From: Lama glama
Taxonomy: Eukaryota
Direction: 5' to 3'
Length of the DNA: 64,000 bases
Assembly: GCA_028534125.1 (NCBI GenBank)
Contig: JAPYYK010000409.1
Span: forward strand, 1 to 64,000
The notes under the pieces were generated by a model that saw only the letters and a list, made by a program, of their open reading frames with translations, was not told where the DNA came from and ran no database searches. Shown one piece after another: positions 1 to 12,452 of the stretch. The stretch's first letter is position 1; every line of letters begins with the position of its first letter. The position numbers and the translations under genes are program-made.

Positions 1-700
1 GATTCCAGTTATGGGTCTAATGGCAACAGGGTGTGGATGCAGAGAGTCTGGAGGACAACGGGTCTCCCTTTGCAAGGCATCTGCCCCAGGTGACGTAATG
101 ACACAGTCCTCGAGGGAGAGAACACCAGCCCCTCAGACACGGGAGGGCAGGCTACTTCGTCTGGCAAAACAGGCTCAGTGGGACTGGGGTCTTCCCAATT
201 GTCAGCTTCAACTGAAGCCAACCAGCTGTCCCAGTTCCAGGTTTCAGGGTCCCAGTCCTCCAACCACTGTTCTACCTTTCATATGAGAAATGTGGAGAGG
301 CTGGGAATTCAACGGGCCTTGGGATTCTGTAACCCTCACAATGAAATGCTATGCTTCCTTTCCAGCACCTTCAGCCCTGCAGGTACAGGGAGTACGAGAG
401 TTTGGTAGGGCTGCATGGAAGTTCTCTGGCTGTCATAGTGTGACTTGTAAGGGATCTGACCTTGTCATCTGTTCCTCTGTACACTCCCAGGTACACTCAA
501 GAGTCATCCCATACTGCAGTCCTGATAGCCATCGTGACCTTCCTGACCGTCCAGGGCGGCAGCTACTCCAGCTCCCCAGGTACTTGCTGCAGTGGACCCT
601 TCATCCCAGTCAACTGCAGGTGAGACCCTGGCGAACTGTGAGGCCCCTGCAGGTCACGGGTGCCTCGAGCCCCACTTGGTCACTCAGGGAGCGGAGGGCT
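1..700 (-). mobile_element. Degraded ERV-L/MaLR-internal gag-like remnant
   Basis: Minus-strand translation fragments (IVRVTESQGPLNSQP, EDWDPETWNWDSW, EPVLPDEVACPP, RPIT) follow the order of motifs I recall from ERV-L gag (RVAELQ..LNSQP, KEWDPETW.GD.W, RPIT), with frameshifts and stops. Recognised by eye; boundaries approximate. Confidence 0.6.
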
Positions 701-1429
701 GAAGGAACAGGGACAGTACAGGAAGAAGCTGCCGCCCCTGGAGCAAGGGGCAGAAGGGAAGGGGTTGATGTCACTGGAAGGCTAGAAGCCAGCATGAGGG
801 GCGTTGAACATCCAGAGCCCCGGATCTCTGAGGAGGGGCTGCTGCAATCTCTCAGGGAAGGAGGGAGCAACATCATCAGCTACGAGGGGGACCAGGGCAG
901 GAGGTGATTTCTGAGGCACCGTCTTCCAGGTCACTAACTCCTTCTTCAGTGGCATCTACTTGTGGTTTAATTAATTTCTTGAGGTTTTTATTCAATGACT
1001 GTGCTTTCTTTTTTTAACTTCTAAAATGCTTTTTCTTTTTCAAATCTTTTCACTTTACTCGTATCTTTGTGATTCCCTCTTCTGTATCTTTTTGTGTCTC
1101 TGGGGGCTACTGCAGAGTACCTTTATATCACTAATGCAAACGATTTGTAAATATCCATGAGAACTGCTCTCTGATCTCAGGAGAATGCAAAGGTGATGTC
1201 AGTCGGTGTTTCAAAGTCCCCGATTAAGCACAAGAGTAGAAGGTGTTTCTCTTTCTCACCCTCCTCCTTTCGTTAAGTGCTGACCCAAGGCCTGGGGGAT
1301 ATTCACCTGGGCTCACCTCTGCCGCCTTCAGGACAAGCTGATGTACCCCTGGCAGGCCCCGGGAATCTCCCAGTGACAAGGGAGCCAGGCTGTAGAGCGT
1401 AGCCCACAAAGGGGGGAGAGGTCAGGCTT

Positions 1430-1625
1430 AGAGCCCAGAGTCCTCGATCCACACCTGGCCTTAGCCACTTGCTAGCTAGTGATTCAGAACAAGCTACCTA
1501 ACCCTTGTGTGTCATGTGGTCCTCATTTCCTCATCCAGAGAGTGAGGACAGCATCCTACCAACCTTGTAGCGCTGTGGAGAGGGTGGGATGGCTGAGCCC
1601 AGGCACATAGCAAACCCTCGCAGCC
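1430..1625 (+). mobile_element. MIR SINE fragment
   Basis: MIR-like core and 3' motifs: gccacttgctagctagtga..., cctcatttcctcatc..., ggcacatagcaaaccctc. Confidence 0.6.
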
Positions 1626-2422
1626 ATTGCCAAAAATGATGTCATCTGGCCTCTGACAGTTATGGCCTGGGGAGGGGGTCGTTGACAGGGCCAGCCCTCT
1701 CTTTGACAGACCTGCTGATTTTCCGTGAGGGCAGGCGGTGGCTTCAGTTGGAGATTGCGGACCCGCCTTCAGCTGGGCCTCCGGGAGTCCTGAACGGGAC
1801 GCCTGGGGTGAGGAGTCCTCTCCCGGGCAGGGTTTGCTCCCAGGAGCCCAGCAGTAGCAGCACGATGGGGGCGCGGGGAGGGGGGGGCAGTTCCTCTGGC
1901 AGCCAGCGGTTGGCTCGCTGAAGCCTTTCTGCCCGCGGCCGGCCCCGGGAGGTAGCCCCTGCTTAAGGATGACGTGGGGGCGGGGTTCTCCTCCTGCTCA
2001 CTCAGACCCAGGCTGGGATGGACCCACTTCTTTTCATATGCCTGTTCTTCCTTTCCACCGTGCAGGTGACCCTTCGAGAGCACTGGTTTTAGGTGGATTC
2101 TCGGTTGTGCTGTCTCACCTTCTGAGGCCCATTAACTCCAAGCGCCTCGGAAACCCAGCCCCTCCCCCCACCGTTTTCAAGGCTGTTTCCTCATGGATCT
2201 CCCTCGTGTCCCTGCACTGAAATAATATAACTAGGCTCTTCTCGTTACACATTTCCTTGTCTTTCTCCCAAACTGGACTGGCATCCCTGGAAGGCAGGGG
2301 CTGGATGTCTGAGAGGCACTGCTCCCAGTCCCAGCCGAGGCAGCAGCACCCCGCTCCTCCAACACACACACAGTGATTTGGCCGCAGGTCGACCTACCAG
2401 CCTGGGTCCGCAAGGAATTGAC

Positions 2423-2552
2423 GGTGAGTGGGGTGTAGCTCGGCGGAAGAGTGCATGCTTAGCATGCATGACGTTCTGGGTTCATTCCCCAGTACCTCCA
2501 TTTAAAAAAAAATACTTAAAAAAATCATTAGCCCCCCCCCCAAAAAAACAGA
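2423..2552 (+). mobile_element. tRNA-derived SINE, camelid Vic-1-like
   Basis: A/B-box head (gtgtagctcggcggaagagtgcatgcttagcatgca...gggttcattccccagtacc), then A-rich/C-run/A-run tail. Diverged target-site duplication caaggaattgac (2411-2422) / caaggaactggc (2553-2564). Confidence 0.8.
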
Positions 2553-2639
2553 CAAGGAACTGGCTATGGGGACTCAGAAATTCTGCCCCGAGTCTCATCA
2601 CTCTCCTCACACTTGGGAGGAGGGCTTTGTGCCCAAGAT

Positions 2640-3300
2640 ACATAACCCAGAAAACACCAATTGAGAGTTCAATAAATTTGGTCATATAAAAATGTCTGTC
2701 TAACTTCTTGACAGCCCAGACCAGCAAGCCTAGTCTCTCAAGACAAGAGACAGACTGAGGGAAAGAATTTACAACATACGGAACAAAGGACTAACAGCCC
2801 TAGTGTATGACCAAGTAGGGTCTTGGGGGGAAGCAATTACATAGTGTCTATTAAAAGTTTAAATGCCCCCAGGTTTTGACCTGGCAGTTCCACTTAGAGG
2901 GAATTATCCTAGAGGGAGATTGACACATGCTCAGAGTTGGGAGTTGCAGCATTAACATGAACAGCAAAAAGAAGGAGAAGAAAAGGTACAGGTACCTCAA
3001 CTGGGGATCCATTAGGTAAATTATAGGACACGTATTCTATCAAATACCATGTGGCCAGAGAGAAGAAATGAGCTGGACGTTTGTGTCCTGACATGGAAGA
3101 ATTTCCAAGATATATTGTTGCTAATTAAAAGAAAATCACCATCAAGTGTCCAGGGTGTGTGTGTGTGTGTGTGTGTTTTAAACGGTGTGAATAACTGTGT
3201 TGGTGATTGCATAGAAGAATACGGTTTAGAAGAGAGAAACAAAACGATTAACACTCTTGCTTAAAATAATGTTTTGTAACAATGTTCAATTATGTGCTTA
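2640..3300 (+). mobile_element. Old L1 (L1M-type) fragments
   Basis: A-rich tract with L1 3' motifs (tttgacctggcagttccactt...gaattatcct); contains a (TG)n run near 3155-3176. Confidence 0.5.
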
Positions 3301-3319
3301 AACAATATGCGAGGGTGGT

Positions 3320-3890
3320 CATGGAAAATGATACAGCCCCAGTGGAAGGCAGTTTGGCAGTTTCTTTTAAAGCTACACATCCACCTCCGTAGGACCCAGC
3401 AATTGCACTGGTGGCCGTTTATGCCAAAGAAATGGAAACGTTAAGACGACAGGAAAACCTGTACACGAATGTTCTCAGCAGATTCCTTTGCAGAAGCCTA
3501 AAAGTGGGAACAAGCAATACGTTCTTCAGTGGGTGAACGCTTGAACCAACCGTGGCTGATCCCCGCCAAGGACTAGAGCTGGCAATACAAAGGAAGAACT
3601 AACTTAACTATTGTTGAAACGTGCGACGATTTGCTGGGCTCTCCAGGGCATCATGTGAGTGGAAAAAACAGCCCACCCCAGGTTACACACTGCCCGATTC
3701 CATTTATGTCACGGTCTTCAAATGACAAAATTAGAGAGATGAGAACAGAATTCTGGTTGCCACGGTTGGGAGGAGGGAGGAGGCTGAGGCTATGAAAGGT
3801 CCACGGAAGGGATACTTGGGAGGACACACACTGGACACTGATGTCAGTGGGGGTCACGCGCGTGCGTGACACACACACACTGATAAAACC
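3320..3890 (+). mobile_element. L1 (L1MB/MC-type) 3' end
   Basis: Typical L1 3' motifs: ggaaggcagtttggcagtttctt, gacccagcaattgcact, aaaacctgtacacgaatgttc, gattccatttatgt, gagatgagaacaga...tggttgcca. Confidence 0.75.
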
Positions 3891-3899
3891 TGGAGCAGC

Positions 3900-4640
3900 C
3901 GTCAGACGGCACCATAGGCATGCCCGCGTTGGGGGAGCGGCGGCAGGGGCTGCGGCCCCTGGGACTTAGTTCCTTCAGAATGCAAGTTCACAGCAAAAGC
4001 ACGCAAGCTGCGCCTACTGGACGACTCGCGTGATTCCGCACCGAGAGTCCACGCTCTCGGGGCGCGGGGGACGTCTGCCAGCTCGCAGAAGGCTGGGCCC
4101 CACCGCGGAGGAAGAAAGCGCGCGGGGGCGGAGCCGAGAGGGGCGCGCACGCGGGCGGCTTGTTTTGATTGGACAGAAGAGGGGCCCGTCACGCCACGGG
4201 GCCGAGATACCTCGGTCACCTGGAGGCGGGTCTAGTCACGAGTCGAGCTTAGTCATTGGCGGATCTAGCCGGAAGGGGTGGGCAGGAAGGCGGTGCTCCG
4301 TGGTTTCCGGTGGGTGCGCTGAAGGGAGGTGAGGAGATAGACGCGGGGGCGGGGCGGGTGGGGCCCGGCGCGGCGGGACGACGCCCGGGCCTGCTCGTCA
4401 GCGCCCTGGGGCTTTGGACTCCGCCCTCGGCTCCTCTGAGTCCTGGGCTGGGCCAGAGTCCCGGTTCCCCGAGACCCCAGGGGTCTACGCCCTCTCCGGG
4501 GGAGAGGCGGAAGAGAAGCCTCCTCAGAGTCCAGGCCCCGGGAGACCTGAGGGCGCCCCTCTCGCCGCTCCTGGCAGGACTCCCACCACTGTCCCGAGGG
4601 TGTCTGGCCCTCTAGGTGGCCGGGGATCGTGTATTGGGGT
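3900..4640. promoter_or_regulatory. CpG island with promoter-like motifs, no associated coding gene
   Basis: High CpG density; ATTGG (reverse CCAAT) at 4168 and 4255; ETS-like CCGGAAG at 4269; GC boxes; CTCF-like CCCTCTAGGTGGC at 4608-4620. Confidence 0.65.
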
Positions 4641-6540
4641 CCCCAGGGGCCTGGTGAGTGGGGAGGGAGGGCAGATGGCAAAGGGCACGGTCTCCGGCTC
4701 CCCCCCCCGCTAGTCCTGGCCTCTGAGGGCGGCCTTACTCCGCACTTCTTGGAGCTTCCACCCTCCCAGAGCTCAGAATGTAGCACTCTCCCCGACCCAC
4801 ACACACCCTTGCCCGGCCCACTGTGTTCCAGCGCCCCTGAGTGTGACTGGGACGGTTCTGTGAAGCATGGATCCTCCCTCCTCCACGCACATATACACAC
4901 ACAAGCTAGTATCCAGGGAGAGGTGGGCAGAGCTGGGGCCAGTACCCAGAGCCATGGTATCTGCCAGAGGTGCCTGTCCAGGCTTCTGGAGGTAGGGTCG
5001 TGAGATGGGCAAGAAGTAACAAAGTCTTCCCCATGTCACTTGACAGGTGTGGCTTGCTGGGAGGGAATCCTGCCCAAGCACGCCTGTTCTCCAGGACAAC
5101 CTGTGGTTGCAGCCATCAGCCATCAGTGCCTGCCTCTCTGCCTGCCTGCCTCTCACCTGGGGAGGTCAAGGCGAACCCCGCAGAGAAAGCTCGTGGCTTC
5201 TCGAGGAGTGGGCACGATCAGGGACCATCCGTCCTGGTGGTTCTCACGCTGGGAGGTGCGTGGGAACACCTGGAAGGCTTCTNNNNNNNNNNNNNNNNNN
5301 NNNNNNNNNNNNNNNNNNNNNNNNNNNNNNNNNNNNNNNNNNNNNNNNNNNNNNNNNNNNNNNNNNNNNNNNNNNNNNNNNNNNNNNNNNNNNNNNNNNN
5401 NNNNNNNNNNNNNNNNNNNNNNNNNNNNNNNNNNNNNNNNNNNNCTTGCCTGGGGACCCCCACTGTGAGAAGCACTGCTCTAGAGGCCTAGAGTGCTATG
5501 TGTGTGCCCCCTGCCCTTTGCAGGGTCCCTGTGGGCCTGGGAAGTGCCAGGAGGGTGCTAGCTCTCGCGAGATCAGGAGTTTCCCATTGAGTAATGGTCG
5601 CCCTTCCCTGCCTGGGGGCACTGCAGGATGCCATCCTCAGTCCAGGCAAGATAAGGTGTCATGTTTGTACATGTGCTCAGCAGGTTCCAGACTGGGGCTG
5701 ATAACATCTGGACAAGGAGGAGAGGGGGCGGAGATCAGATTTGTGTCTGGGCGTGGGGATGGAAAGGACTCTGATGAGGCAGAGGAGAAAGACCCGAATG
5801 CCGAGCTCGGGGATGGGAAAGGAACCTGGGCCCTGAGACCGAGACCAAGCCGACTGGGGGGAGTGTGGAGACCAGAAAGGGGCTTGTCTGCCCAGGAAGT
5901 GCCCTGACAGTTGTCTGGGCTGTGGGTGTGGCCCGCCCTCCAGCTGGGGGGAAGCTGTCGCCTTTCCTGCCAAAGGTTCCTCACCTATAGGGTCTCCCAG
6001 CTCCTGGGTGATGCTGCCCGGACAGACCTGCTCAACACCCAGCACCACCACCCACCGCTTTGGCCAGTCTTTGCGGTGGATAGTCTTTGTTCGGCTCCAG
6101 GATGGCCTGCCGTCTAGTTGGAGCGGCAGAGGAAATGCAGTGCCAGTCACCCGCCACCATTTGTGCCCGGAATGAGCAGCTCTGGGACCTCGGCAGCCCA
6201 GCATGCTCTGCCTGTGGACTCAGGTGGCGCAGGAGCCTTTGGCTTTCATTTCCCGCCTTCCCCTCTTCCACCCCCTTTTCCTGTTGGGTCATTGGCTTTT
6301 CCAACTCGTCCCTGACTGCTTCAAGCTCTCTCTACTCTAATGATAGGAGCCCTGAGTCACATCTCGCTACTGTTTTTTCCCTCGCTTTGTCACTTGTCTC
6401 TTGACTTTGTGGTTTGGTCGGGCAGATGATTTCAGTTTTTATGTCATCAGACTTTCCAGGCTTTTCCTAATGGCTTCTGGGGTTTCTCATCGGTTTGTTT
6501 GCTTCAGACTGACTTAGAGTGGCCTCCATTTAAAATCATC

Positions 6541-7010
6541 GTGTAGTAGTCACCTATTGCTGGGTAAGAAATTACCCCAAACGTGGTGCCTTAACGCAGC
6601 TAGCACTTTGTGGTCTCCCAAGTGTCTGAAAGTCAGGATCCTAGAAGGCTTGGCTGAGGGATTCCTGCTCGGGGTCTCTCACAGGCTGCAGTCCAGGCGT
6701 CAGTTGGGGCCACGGCCATTGGGTCTGCCTGGGGGTGGAGGTGGGGGGCTCTGCTCTCCAAGATTGCTCACTTGCCTGTGGCAGGAGCCGCAGGCCTCCC
6801 CACCAGGCCTCTCCATAGGGCTGCTCAGGGCAGGGCTTCCCCAGAGCCAGCGATCTGAGAGAGACAGAGCAGCCCCAAGATCGGAGCTGCAATGTTTTTT
6901 CAAATAACTTCATCTCTAAGGCACACTCCCTCCCCTCTGCTGTAGTGTTATGGGTCACACAGGTAAACCCAGGAACAACGCAGGACAGGATGATACCCAC
7001 TAGGGCGTAA
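6541..7010 (-). mobile_element. MLT1-type (MaLR) solo LTR
   Basis: Starts gtgtagtagtcacctattgctgggtaagaaattaccccaaa; internal ggggtctctcacaggctgcagtc, cctctccatagggctgct, ggcttccccagagc match the reverse-complement MLT1 pattern as I recall it. Confidence 0.7.
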
Positions 7011-7124
7011 GTGGTTCCTGTTCATGGCGAATGAGAAGGCTCCGAGGAGTGTCCTTGCTGCTGAACCTGGGTCGGGGACTCCTGGTCCCACACAGGCTCC
7101 TCAGGAATGTGTCCTTCGTGTAAG

Positions 7125-7335
7125 CTGGGGTGGTGAGTTCCAGCCCCGGGGCCAGGACAGACAGGGCCTGTGTTTGCAAGGGCAGAGGGTGGCTCTTCAT
7201 CTTTAAATGGTTGCAAGCAAAACACACAGAAGGCCAGAGAAAGAAGGAATATGTGACAGAGCCCCAGTGTGACCCACAGTGCCCACGGTGTGTGCCCTCT
7301 GCCCTCTGCCCTCTGCGGAGGAGTGCAGCACTGCT
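7125..7335. mobile_element. MER58-like hAT DNA transposon remnant
   Basis: catctttaaatggttg...aagaaggaatatgtgacagag...tgtgacccac resembles MER58-family internal sequence; heavily diverged. Confidence 0.45.
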
Positions 7336-10300
7336 GGCAGCCCCAGCTGGTTGTGCAGCCCTGGACACACGGGCAGGAAGCTCTTTGTCATCACAGCAGC
7401 ACATTCACTGCCAGGGCCGTGTAAGTCCCCACCCAGGCCTGGGCCCCAGGGTGCTTTCCCGCCTCCAAGGTCCCCACTCAGTGGTTCAGTCCTGCCCCCA
7501 CCCCACTCCCTCTCCTTCCCAGTGTGTGTGTGGGGGTGGCGGGGGCAGCTACCTTGCCTGAGGCTGGGGTGACCTCTCTCTGCACATGGGTGCAGCGCCT
7601 CCCCTCTCTTCCCCTCCCCTCCCACCCTCCACCTCGCAGCTGTGATCTGGGTTGGGACAGGGAGGAGAGAACTGGGGCCACGCTGTGCAGGTGCAGGCTG
7701 ACAAGCCCCTTTTCTTCAGTGACCGTGTCAGGTAGCCCCGTACTGGGCTCTGGTGGCTCAGTGGTGGCAGGCGCCAGCCTGAGATGGCAGCCGAGTGTCC
7801 AGTTGGTCCCAGGAGGGAGCTCCCCCTGTGGCTGAAGGGGCCTGGAGATGTGCCTGCCCCATCCTTCTTGGCTGGCACTCAGACACGACTTCCCGATGAC
7901 ACGCTTGGTGGCTCTGCATTTGTCACACAGGTTCTGTGGGCGGTGAGTGCTTTTCCTGTTGGCTCTCGCTGCTGGGCAACGCCGGGTCCCTTGGCGACAG
8001 CTCCCAGCAGCATCCAAGGCCGCCATGCACTTCTGGAACCCAGGGATGGTGGGTTTCTGGAGAGCTGGGCTCTCTGTCCCCCAGGAGCAGAGACCGAGGC
8101 CATGCCTGCTGGGCCTCACCTCGGGGCTTGTGGTCATGGCTCCTGGGCACGCCCTTTGGCCAGGGTGTTAGGCCTCATGGCCCTGGGGCTCCCCTGGAGA
8201 TGCTCAGGCCCGGTGCAGCCCCACACTCCTGGGCCATCTGACTGTCCCCCTGACCCGTGACTGAGTAAGAGCCACGTTCCGGTCCCTCCAGTTCCTGGGC
8301 AGAAGGAATAAGCAGGAGGGCCCGGCTTCCCTGCAGTCTTCCCTCTGAGGCAGCCTGCCACAGGGGCCCTGGGGACTGGAGGGGGACTGGGTCTTCCCTC
8401 ACCCAGCTGCACAGGCGCCCTTGCCTGGGGGAGCTCCTCCTAGTGGCCCGTTCTGTGGGTGGTGTGGGTGGGCACAGTCAGGGCAGCGGCCGGACCCCGC
8501 CCCGACCCAGCCTCCCGCCACCGCCAGGGCTCGTCCTTGGCCCTCACCCTCCCCGCAGGAGGGCCTGGGAGCCTTTCCCATTGAACACAGGACGTCTGTG
8601 CCTGGCCCGTCCTCACAGGTGTGCGGACCAAGGGCAGTCCCCCAACCCCACCCATCATTCAGTGGTTTCCTCAGCCCTGCTGCCCTGGCTGAGGCCTCGC
8701 TGGGCTCGTGGGGACCTTCCAGTTACCCGTGGTAGAGGTGGACGAGGCCGGCCCGACCTCTGAGCAGCACCGCGTGGCCCTGCCTGCCGGGTAGCATCCT
8801 CCCTGGAGATGCCTGTGGCCTGAGGACGAGGCTGGTGTGGGACCTGGCAGCAGCCGGGCCCTGGAGCGGGATGAGACACCCCGGGCAGCAGAGCGCCAGC
8901 ACACACACGCGGTCCGCGTGGCCCGCGCCCAGCACTCCGCGTGCCTGCTGACCCTGACCTAGCGGCCACCTCCTTCCTGGGGGGTGGCTTCTTCTGGCTC
9001 CATCGGGGTTCCGGGGTGGGGGTGGCCTCCCTCGAGCACCCGGCCCTGTGCCTTGGAGTTGGGCCAGGTCGCCCATGCTGGGGGGCCTTGCAGGAACCCC
9101 AGGTGTCTTCAGACTAATGTTGCCCTTGTTGAAATGCTGAGGCTCCCTCCCTGTCAGATGGGTGGCGGCCCCATCCTGAGTGGCTGCTGCTCCCCTTCCC
9201 CACCTGGGTGCCTCCCATCCTCCTGGAGGAACAGGCAGCAGGGAGGGTCAGGTGCAGAGGTGTGGCCAGAGCAGGGATGGGGGCTGCTGTGGTTGGGGCA
9301 GTCAGCTCCGCCTTCCCCCTGTCCTGCCTGGCTTGGACTCCGACCAGACAGGACCTGCGGGACGGAGGTGGAGGCTGCTCCTGACCAGGGCGACCCGCCA
9401 TCCCCTCCCCAGACTTAATAGGTGAGGTGGGGTTGCCTGGGGAGGGCATGTGGCTGGGTCCTCTCCCCGGCTCCTGGCATGTGTTGGTGAGCAGGGCTCG
9501 GGCGTGGGGCCTGTTGGGGCCGGGCCACCACCCCTGCTGGCTCTGGATGGGTGGCCCAGCCTGGACACCCTGTGTGTGAGCCCGGCTGAGGGCCTGGGCC
9601 TTGTGATTCCCTGTGTCCTCCTAGCAGTCCGGGTGTCCTCTGGGGGAGTTGCTCAGTGGGGCCGGGGCCCAGGCCATTCTCCCCCAGCAGGATGGGGTCC
9701 CAGCGCTCCTTTTCCTGGTGCCATCTGCCTGTCCTCCCCTAAAACCCCTCGCAGGGATGGTGCCCCAGTCTTGTTTCCTCCTGTCCCCTGCCTGGGCGGG
9801 CCTCAGGCTCAGGTCCGGTCTGTCCTGTAGCCTCTGTCCTCTGGGTCCTGTCTCCCCCCAGGTTGGCATCTTTCCCCCCTTGCCGACCCATGGGCCTCAT
9901 GGTTGCCTGGGCGTGATGTGGCATCTGGGAGGGGACAGGGACTCCTGGTTAGCTGGGCTCAGCTCTGGGGCCATTCTCCCACGAGGGTCCCCACCAGGCA
10001 GGGGCTTGGAAAGGATGGGAGGCGGGACTGTCGCCTCTTGGCAGACTGGCCCAGGGAGGGGGCAGGAGGCTCTGGGCGATTCATGGAAAGGAGGTGTGCC
10101 ATGTGGGTGGCAGGTGGGCCGAGAGGAGGAGGGGGTGCCTGGGGGGAACCTCTATCCCCCCAGTGGTGCTAGACCTCTCTGTGCCTGGCTCTGCCTCCTC
10201 TCCAGCTGAGCAGCTTCTAGAAGCCTCCAGTGTGCCTGCCTTGCTCCCCTCTCAGCCCAGCAGGCTCCACAGAGAAGTGGTGGTTCAGGGGGGCGGGGCC

Positions 10301-12167
10301 TGCCCTGGGAGGGGGAGGGTGGAGTCTCCAGGGCCTGGCCCTTTGTGTAAGAAACCAGCCTAGGAGAGTAGTAGTGCCATTTTCCTCTCCATTAGGCCCT
10401 TGGGGCCTGGAGTGGTTCATCCTCATAGAGCCAGAGGCTGTGCACCCCTTGGCCTGTCCTCTTGGATGGATGCGTCTGTAGTGCTGGCACCAGCTCAGTA
10501 GCCACCCTCTCTAGTTAAAGCAGCTGTCCCAACACAGACTGGTGGTCAAGGCAGAGGGGGCCCTAGACCTGCCCAATACTGTCTGCCCCCTCCCCTGGAT
10601 CTGAGGGTCTGGGGCAGAGGTCGAGGGGCTGGATTAGGAGCTAGGCTTCCTGGCTCCACCTGTGTCCCGCCCACAGTGTCCTCCTCTCTGCACTCCACCA
10701 GGGATGCACTCAGCTTCTCGTGCAGAGGCCCAAGGGACTTGCTCCATTGCAAGGGCTGGCTGCTTGGGCTCCTCCCTGCCTGACAGCCCCTGCAACCCCC
10801 AACCCGTGGCACCCCCACTGCAGGGGGCCCCTCAGAGCTCCTGTGGGAGGTAGTCTCAGAGTCCTGGAAAGCACTAGGTCGAGACCTCGAAATCTGGGGT
10901 CCCTCAGGGGCTCACGGAGCCCTCAAAAGCCTTTGGGTTGGGGTGCTCAGAGCACTAGGGGGCACTAGGCCAGCCCAGGTGCCGGAACAGTGGTGCCCCA
11001 TGCTACTTTCCTGTGGATCAGTGGCTGCCTCTGCTGTGCCTGCTCCCTCTCTGCTTAGGAGGGGCTGGACCTGGGTGAAGCCCTTGGTCTGGGTCTTAAG
11101 GAGCCGGCCATTGTCCACTTCCTGATCCTCCTCTTCTCCCTCCCAGAGCTCATGCTTTTCTGTGGCTGAGAAGCAACCCTGCCTGGGATCTGTCAGCTCA
11201 TCCTGGTCTAGAAAGTGCTTCCAGAAGCGGGGCATGACTAGCATGCTTGGAGCTGCCCAGTTGTGAGAGGCCTGAATATGTTAGCCTTGGCTGACTTTGA
11301 GGCCCTTCTCTCCAGATGGCGGTTGAGGTTGCCGGGGTGGGGTGGGGGGTTGCGTGGCTGCAAGTGGAACATCAGAGTTGTGTGCATAAGGCAGGAAAGT
11401 TTAGGAGGGCTTGGGATGGGGCACGGGTGATTTGGTTTCTTTTTTATAGTGGGAGACACTTGCGCAGGGATGTGGGAAGTGATGAACAGAGAAACAGGGG
11501 CTAGTGTGATGCCCTAGTGTGATGATGGCAAGAGGGAACCAGGGCAAGGCTCACCCAGGGACGTAGTGCAGGACAGGCAAGGACACCTGGAGCTCAAGTG
11601 GGAATGGGACAAACTCTGTGACCAATGGGCAGTGCCCTGAATATGTCCATCTGTCCACTGAGGAACCTTCAGACCCACAGCCTTACCCCCAGGGCAGGGA
11701 GCCTTATGACAGTGCCCTATCCAGGGGATAGTGACACATTTAAGATGCCAGGAGGATGGCCAGGGCCCACTGTGATTTAAGTCCTGCTTATCTGGTTCTC
11801 CCACCCAGCACTTTATACCTCCTGTAGCCTGGCCTTCCCCTCAGGCAACACCTGTTCCTGGTGTGGCCTGGGACAAGTTCACTAGCAGCAGGCCCTGTCC
11901 TGAGGGGGAATACACCTCTTGCCCCGTACTGCCTGAACCCAGGGAAGCAGAGAGGAGGCAAAGGCAGATGGAGCCTCCCGGAGTCAGTAGTGGCTGGCTG
12001 GGTAGGTGGGGCAAAGGTGTTGGGAAGCAGGAGCCACGGGGGCCGGGCAGTCGGAGGGGGCTGGCCTGGAGATCCAGCAGCCTGTGTTCTGGGCCCACAC
12101 TTCCATCCACCCTGTCGGGCCCTTTGCCAGAAAGCTAGAGACACTCCCAAGAGAATGGAAGCAGAAT

Positions 12168-12173
12168 TTTATT
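12168..12173 (-). terminator. Polyadenylation signal AATAAA of left FLNA copy
   Basis: tttatt on + strand, about 280 nt beyond the stop codon; mirror of 63091-63096. Confidence 0.85.
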
Positions 12174-12452
12174 CCTCTTGGCTAGGGAAGAGAACTAGCG
12201 GGTGGTTGTGCACAGGACCCCCACCCCTCACCCCTCCCAGAACCAAAGAAGATAGGCAGGGCCACCAGAGGGCTCCCTCTGCTCGCCTCTCTCCTTTGCT
12301 GGAGTGGAGGCAGGTGAGTGCAGCACAGGGCAGGGTCGGCTGCAGTGACAGGGTAGCCAGGGCTCCAGGGCTGAGGTGGGGTTGCTGCTCGGGTGGCAGA
12401 GGGTGGGCGCAGGGGCACTTCTCATCCTGGGAGCTGCTGGCTGGCACAGAGC

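Noticed and set aside
290-907. 205-aa plus-strand ORF
   Set aside because: Antisense to the ERV-L-like remnant; no recognisable homology.
7340-11260. Many overlapping 60-220 aa ORFs in the GC-rich flank
   Set aside because: Present in all frames with composition driven by GC content; no coherent exon chain.
1-11263. Exons of neighbouring genes EMD, RPL10 or TKTL1
   Set aside because: No recognisable peptide in the ORF track or by eye; short exons could have been missed.
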